Assembly (NCBI GenBank): GCA_003551845.1
Contig: PUNQ01000056.1
Coordinates: 1 to 54,069 of the forward strand
Reading direction: 5' to 3'
Source: Candidatus Nealsonbacteria bacterium
Lineage (GTDB): Bacteria; Patescibacteriota; Minisyncoccia; Minisyncoccales; PWPS01
Length of the DNA: 54,069 nt
How positions within the stretch are numbered: position 1 is the first letter of the stretch; the number at the start of each line of letters is the position of its first letter. A program made the position numbers and the translations under genes. Shown piece after piece: positions 49,244 to 54,069 of the stretch. Below the pieces are notes generated by a model, which did not search any database, was not told the origin of the DNA, and saw only the letters and a program-made list of their open reading frames with translations.

Positions 49244-50794
49244 TCAAAGAATTAATTTTTCTTTAATTTCCTCGGTTCCTTCTTGTATTTCTTTTATAAT
49301 TTCTTCAGTTTCTTCTGCAAACATAGGGTTTTTGTATCGAGGAATAGGTCTTTGACCGGCTGATAACTTTGACAGTACTCCGTTTTGAGCCTTTTTCTCT
49401 TCTTCGGGCTCTATTACCCACAATAAAACGGGGTAATCCTCATTGATATATTTTTTTGCCCAAACCGAATCGAAGTCCCATTTGTCATACAGATCTTTCA
49501 AGGGTTCTTCCTCATATTCATAAAAATTTTCAATCTCATCCACAAGCAAACATTCCGTTTCCGTGCCATTTTCCTCTATTTTGCCTACACAATCTTTTTC
49601 ACCGTCTTGTTTGTAAGCGAACGAATTTTTTATAAATTCATTATTCCTACCACCGAAAACTCCGGCATAGTCAATATTTCCCACCACATTTCCGACAGAA
49701 TAAGAGTTCTTTATAACTCCTTCATCAAGATAGCCGACAAAGCCACCCACTTTGTTCCCATCATTATCGACTTCTCCCACATCTCCCGTAGCATATGAGT
49801 TTTTTACGGTTTTGAGATTGTATCCGACAAAGCCACCCGTCGTTCCCTCTTCCGCTTCTTCATCATAATTCCAATTTACATCACCTCCGGAATGAGAATT
49901 CTTTATAATTCCTTCATTAAAACCGACAAAACCACCTACTCCCCAATATCCTCCTTCCACATTTCCCCGGGAATAGGACTCTTCCACGGAAGCAGTCTCA
50001 TTTTCTCCGCTCACATTGTGGCCGATAAGACCTCCGACTTGATCATCCTCGCCTTGAACCTTTCCCTTGGCATAAGATCTTCTTATATCCGATTTTTCAT
50101 TTCTTCCGACAAGGCCTCCGAGGATTTTATTTCCCTCAACATTGCCCGTGGCATATGAATCTTTTATGGTCGCATCTTGATTCCATCCCACCAAGCCTCC
50201 GACAAGATCGTCTCCTTTCACTTCCACTTTTGCACCGGAATCGTTAATTGATCCCTTCCAATTGGTGGCTACAATTCCACCTACGTAATCATCTCCCTCC
50301 ACTATTCCTCCTTCCATATGCACATTTCGGATATTGCCGCTATTGTATCCGACGAGACCGCCGGTCTGCTCACCTCCCGAGATATCAACATTTTTCAATC
50401 TGAGATCAAAAATTTTTCCGCCACTGTCCACTTTGGAAAAGAGGCCGACTCTTTCTCTTGTACTCTCATCAATAGTCAGATTTTTTATCTCGTATCCGTT
50501 ACCATCGAAAATTCCTCCGAATGGACTCTCTTCATTTCCTATCGGTTGAAATTCTAAATTTTTGCAATCGATATCTTTTTTCAAAATATAATTACCATTC
50601 AACAAATAGTTGTCATCAATACCGATAAGTTGCATCTCCTCACAACTTTCAATCATTATTTTTTCTTGTCCCATAACTATTCCATTGGGTTTGGGAGTAA
50701 AAACTGACAAGATTAAAATTATTGTAATGAGAAAAAATTTATGGAAAATATTTTCTTTCCGCACTCCTCTTTTTCTTTTTTTTAACTTAATCAT
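49244..50794 (-). CDS. Membrane-anchored GLUG-repeat surface protein
   Basis: N-terminal TM segment; FGGIFDGNGYEIKN and many VGGLVG.N repeats. Confidence 0.88.
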   Translation of the reverse strand: MIKLKKRKRGVRKENIFHKFFLITIILILSVFTPKPNGIVMGQEKIMIESCEEMQLIGIDDNYLLNGNYILKKDIDCKNLEFQPIGNEESPFGGIFDGNGYEIKNLTIDESTRERVGLFSKVDSGGKIFDLRLKNVDISGGEQTGGLVGYNSGNIRNVHMEGGIVEGDDYVGGIVATNWKGSINDSGAKVEVKGDDLVGGLVGWNQDATIKDSYATGNVEGNKILGGLVGRNEKSDIRRSYAKGKVQGEDDQVGGLIGHNVSGENETASVEESYSRGNVEGGYWGVGGFVGFNEGIIKNSHSGGDVNWNYDEEAEEGTTGGFVGYNLKTVKNSYATGDVGEVDNDGNKVGGFVGYLDEGVIKNSYSVGNVVGNIDYAGVFGGRNNEFIKNSFAYKQDGEKDCVGKIEENGTETECLLVDEIENFYEYEEEPLKDLYDKWDFDSVWAKKYINEDYPVLLWVIEPEEEKKAQNGVLSKLSAGQRPIPRYKNPMFAEETEEIIKEIQEGTEEIKEKLIL

Positions 50795-50810
50795 ATTTAC
50801 AGCTTAAACT

Positions 50811-50832
50811 AAAAAACCGACTTAAAAGTCGG
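50811..50832 (-). terminator. Riboswitch expression-platform terminator
   Basis: Minus strand CCGACT-TTTA-AGTCGG followed by T6, between the aptamer and the start codon. Confidence 0.8.
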
Positions 50833-50843
50833 AGAGGGTTTTC

Positions 50844-50921
50844 TTGGTGATCGGTTACGCCACCGGCTCCTCGCAATTCAGGCGTCCAAATAAAACAATT
50901 GCGAATCAAGGCCCCCACCAA
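50844..50921 (-). ncRNA. Cyclic di-GMP-II class riboswitch aptamer
   Basis: Minus strand UUGGUGG-G-GGC-CUUGA-UUCGCAAUU-(..UUUGGACGCCUG)-AAUUGCGAG-GA-GCC-GGU-GGCGU-AACCGA-UCACCAA: P1, kink-turn, pseudoknot ACGCC/GGCGU and the conserved AACCGA. Confidence 0.82.
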
Positions 50922-50974
50922 ACTTTTTAAATTTATACCATTCTTTTAACTTCAAATCAAGAATGAATAAAAAA

Positions 50975-51811
50975 TCAATAAAAAATTATCGTTCGGCAAC
51001 AGCTTAGCCTTTTGCTCTTATCCGTAAGCACGCTTTGTTTCTCTAATTTTATCCAATCTGCATTCTTTACTTTTCTTAACTTCTCTTCATCCGCAATTGG
51101 AGTCTTGACAACATTGCTTATCTTTATTCGTTTTTTTCTTTTTTCATAATCAAAAATAATGTAGTCCAAAAAATCAAAAATGATAAATCCTCTTCTTAGT
51201 GCTCTTTCGGTTTTCTTATTTTCTTCCGGTAGATATTTTTTAATTACATTTTGAGTCTTTTTTGCCATTTCAAAAGATTCACCACATCCAACCGAACAAG
51301 GTATGTGTGACAGATAATAATATTCATTACCGAAGTATTCTTTTATTCGTGAACCTATTTTTTCCAACCCCTCGGTTCCTATGCTTTGTATATTGAGTAG
51401 AGTGTTTATCCTATAATCGAGCTCCATGTTATCACCCTCGTTAAAAATAGTCGACTCTTCTCTGGAAAAAGACTTATTACCACGCTTCCCCAAATGATGC
51501 TTCACGCAACACTTCGGATAACCGAGCATGAGTCCGAGCTTATAAAAATCACCCTTTTTTCTTATTTTTTTAACCTCTTTGCAAATTTCTTTCTTTTTTC
51601 CGATTGCTATTGATATATCAGCCGGATCTTCATCGGATGACCACATTTCTACTTCGAGTCCGAAGTTATTCAACGTCTTTTCAATAAGGTTTCTGTCATG
51701 GTGCCAATACAAACCATCAAAAAGAACATCCTTTTCTCCTTCATAAACCATGCACAGCTCTTGATAGGACCCCGGCCATGTATCTATTAATTTTGATATT
51801 TTTTCCGACAT
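50975..51811 (-). CDS. Hypothetical Cys-motif protein (DUF483-like)
   Basis: GLMLGYPKCCV and LSHIPCSVGC motifs. Confidence 0.6.
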   Translation of the reverse strand: MSEKISKLIDTWPGSYQELCMVYEGEKDVLFDGLYWHHDRNLIEKTLNNFGLEVEMWSSDEDPADISIAIGKKKEICKEVKKIRKKGDFYKLGLMLGYPKCCVKHHLGKRGNKSFSREESTIFNEGDNMELDYRINTLLNIQSIGTEGLEKIGSRIKEYFGNEYYYLSHIPCSVGCGESFEMAKKTQNVIKKYLPEENKKTERALRRGFIIFDFLDYIIFDYEKRKKRIKISNVVKTPIADEEKLRKVKNADWIKLEKQSVLTDKSKRLSCCRTIIFY

Positions 51812-51987
51812 TTTTAAATATGTAACGATAATTATATAAAACCTAAATAATTATTTCGAAGGCTTTAAGGTCCGTATGCCGATTTTATGAAAGGAAAATT
51901 TTGATTACAAAGAAGAATAAGGCTATTCAATTCGTGCTCGTAATTCATTTATTTTTTCTTCTATGTCCTCAGCAATGCGTTGAGCGA

Positions 51988-52302
51988 TTATTCGGTTACC
52001 TTTCTTATTTTTTTATTATTGGAAAAATCGCCGACCATTTTCACTATTTTTTTACAAGTATCGTCATTTCGTTTGGGGATGTAAAAAATCGTCAGATCAT
52101 CATCCGGATTCAATTCTTTGTAGTTTATCTCTTTTTCTGAAACAACCTTTTTCTCATCACCAATTCTTATTTTTTTCTCTTTAAAAACGGTTTTACTGTC
52201 AAATTTTATCGTAATAACTCTTCCCGTTTTTTTATCGATTCCCGTAATCAATCCTGCTTCAATTTTATTCACCATTATATCTGCTGTCTTTTCCTCCATC
52301 AT
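51988..52302 (-). CDS. Hypothetical protein (possibly a fragment)
   Basis: 104-aa ORF co-oriented with its neighbours; no family recognised. Confidence 0.45.
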   Translation of the reverse strand: MMEEKTADIMVNKIEAGLITGIDKKTGRVITIKFDSKTVFKEKKIRIGDEKKVVSEKEINYKELNPDDDLTIFYIPKRNDDTCKKIVKMVGDFSNNKKIRKVTE

Positions 52303-52425
52303 ATCTTTATATCTTTATAAAATATTATCTTAATTGTTTTCGGGTCTTTGAATCAGTATAGATAATTTTTAAAAAAACAAAAAGCGGAAACATTCCGCCT
52401 TTTGTTTTATTTGTATTTTTATTTT

Positions 52426-52836
52426 TTATTCCACTATCAAGCTCCCGTACATTCCCTCTTCTCTATGATTTTCCACACTGCAATAATACTCGAATTCACC
52501 GACTTGATCAGCAATAAAATCAATTGTTTGGATTTCTCCTTCCGAAAGAACTTCCGTAGCTACGCCGAATTCATCTATAACAAAATCATGCGTTCCTCCC
52601 GTCACGATAAATTCAATCACCACCTCATCACCTTGATTGACCACTATATTCGGATTTTCTTCTCCGTTAACGTAATATTCCCTACCTTCCGCTTCTATTT
52701 GCAAAGCAACATCCCTCGATTCAATTCGTATATCTTCTCTATTTAATTCATCATTAATTTCACCCATCTGAAAAGCAAGAATGATTCCAACAAGAGCCAG
52801 AGCGATAACGAGCGGAGCAATTATTTTTTTACTCAT
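52426..52836 (-). CDS. Cupredoxin (plastocyanin/azurin-like) domain protein
   Basis: N-terminal anchor; THDF...EYYCSVENHREEGM type-1 copper ligands (H, C, H, M). Confidence 0.9.
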   Translation of the reverse strand: MSKKIIAPLVIALALVGIILAFQMGEINDELNREDIRIESRDVALQIEAEGREYYVNGEENPNIVVNQGDEVVIEFIVTGGTHDFVIDEFGVATEVLSEGEIQTIDFIADQVGEFEYYCSVENHREEGMYGSLIVE

Positions 52837-52951
52837 ATATAAGCTTTATTTAATAATTCGACCTTTGTTAATTTTATCACGACAAAACCATTTGGACAAT
52901 TTTTTAAAATGGGCTTTTTTGTTGTCCGTTTCTTTGAGTTGCGGAATCTAA

Positions 52952-53617
52952 CTACGGACACAACCGGTCCGCCGACTGCCAAAATTCTTGATCGGGTCTC
53001 CTGCAAAACGTTCTTTCACCCATCCATACCAAAATCCAGCTCCCTTCCTCCGAAACGATAAAATCATACCGGGTTTCGTTTCCACCGATCGAATCATCCG
53101 GAAAATTCATTGCCTGAACGTAGGCCGACAACCCTTCTTCGGCCGGCCCCGCATCTTCATAGTCAGCAATAGGATATTCGGCTACGACACTTTCATCCAA
53201 TGAGTGGAAGGATGCGTAGTACTGAAACATGTCTTCGGAATATGCATCCAACTCTTCTTGAGACGGCACCTTTTCTTCCAGTATTCGCTCGATGAAATCA
53301 ATTGGAGTTTCTCCCGATTCAAGATTGAATTCCGTCTCTACCAGCCTTGTTTCTTCGTCCGTTATTTCAATTTCATACGGAAGTTCGGCATATTCTTCAC
53401 GTGACTTTTGGTCTATCGAATCGCGATCAAGTGTAATTCGGCGATCTCTAACTTCCGTTTCCCGAGGAAGTCTACCGAGCTCCATTTCGACTTCCGTCAA
53501 CTCTATATCATTATCGTTTACAATCAGCTCCTCTTCAAAATTACCGATCCAAAGAATAAATCCCGCAGCCAATACGGCTAAAGCAATAATGATTTTTAAT
53601 CCCGTTTTTGTCTTCAT
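52952..53617 (-). CDS. Hypothetical membrane-anchored acidic protein
   Basis: N-terminal TM anchor; DDSI...RYDF...CRR...CP C-terminus. Confidence 0.65.
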   Translation of the reverse strand: MKTKTGLKIIIALAVLAAGFILWIGNFEEELIVNDNDIELTEVEMELGRLPRETEVRDRRITLDRDSIDQKSREEYAELPYEIEITDEETRLVETEFNLESGETPIDFIERILEEKVPSQEELDAYSEDMFQYYASFHSLDESVVAEYPIADYEDAGPAEEGLSAYVQAMNFPDDSIGGNETRYDFIVSEEGSWILVWMGERTFCRRPDQEFWQSADRLCP

Positions 53618-53641
53618 ATTATGACTGTGATTAGTTGATAA

Positions 53642-53869
53642 TTATTGAAAAAAGTTGATCCAAATTGCAAGTATTCCGTGAGCCAAACTGACAATTACGG
53701 CTATTACGGCCACCCTTGAGTGCCATTTAAAAGGAATTACCCGAATTTTGAATTTCATATTCAGGGTGGCGATAAGAGCGGCAAAAAGTATTAACAATAA
53801 TGATAAAAGTCCCAGCCAAAGAACTAACGGTCTTCCGAATATCATGTAATAAGCGATGTTTGATAGCAT
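53642..53869 (-). CDS. Small two-TM membrane protein
   Basis: 75 aa with two His in TM context (KWH, AHG). Confidence 0.65.
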   Translation of the reverse strand: MLSNIAYYMIFGRPLVLWLGLLSLLLILFAALIATLNMKFKIRVIPFKWHSRVAVIAVIVSLAHGILAIWINFFQ

Positions 53870-53995
53870 ATGTTTTTACTAAAATCCTTATTTAACGATA
53901 CCACAAATTAAAGTTCAATTAAAATAACAAAGGCTCGGATTAGATCTAATCACTCTTACATCCTGCATTATAAAGCTTTGAAAGTGTTAATCCAA

Positions 53996-54069
53996 TCAGG
54001 GCTGTAAAACTTCTTCCGTTTCACCCTCTATCGATATAACCACATCATCTATATCCTCGAATTGGAGTA
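53996..54069 (-). CDS. Partial CDS (C-terminus), GerMN-domain-like
   Basis: Manual translation ...LQFEDIDDVVISIEGETEEVLQP*, which resembles GerMN C-termini. Confidence 0.55.
   Translation of the reverse strand, partial: LQFEDIDDVVISIEGETEEVLQP

Noticed and set aside
1-54069. Alternative genetic code (UGA=Gly, code 25)
   Set aside because: Conserved genes such as adk, rplW, rpsS and thiI end at TGA at their expected lengths, and long genes have no in-frame TGA

Overview
A 54-kb chromosomal window from what is most likely a Patescibacteria (CPR, Parcubacteria-like) bacterium. The inference rests on the absence of rpmD/L30 from the spc operon, an L22 with a Lys-rich C-terminal tail, pilin-like fusion proteins and few Shine-Dalgarno motifs. 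TGA is used as a stop codon, so the genetic code is 11. Almost all genes lie on the minus strand. Positions 0.3-18 kb hold glgP and the str-S10-spc ribosomal superoperon (rpsL to secY, then adk and map). These are followed by rpmB and tRNA-Pro(GGG), a CsoR-type copper operon (20-26.3 kb), two modular pilin-like proteins flanking a compact 6S RNA, an adenylate-kinase-like gene and a LOG-family gene, and a ComEC-like MBL-fold gene. Next come an IscR-IscS-IscU-MnmA-ThiI sulfur/tRNA-thiolation operon and a radical-SAM/aminotransferase/carbamoyltransferase/membrane-glycosyltransferase cluster (37-45 kb). The window ends with small membrane and surface proteins. Elements not in the ORF track include a c-di-GMP-II-class riboswitch with a terminator upstream of a GLUG surface protein, the 6S RNA, a DUF5679-like zinc-ribbon ORF, CsoR/IscR/Fur-type operators, a REP-like doublet, a recurring AAAGGTCG leader motif and a probable His-Xaa-Ser RiPP precursor at the left edge. 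All family assignments come from reading motifs by eye; no database searches were run.
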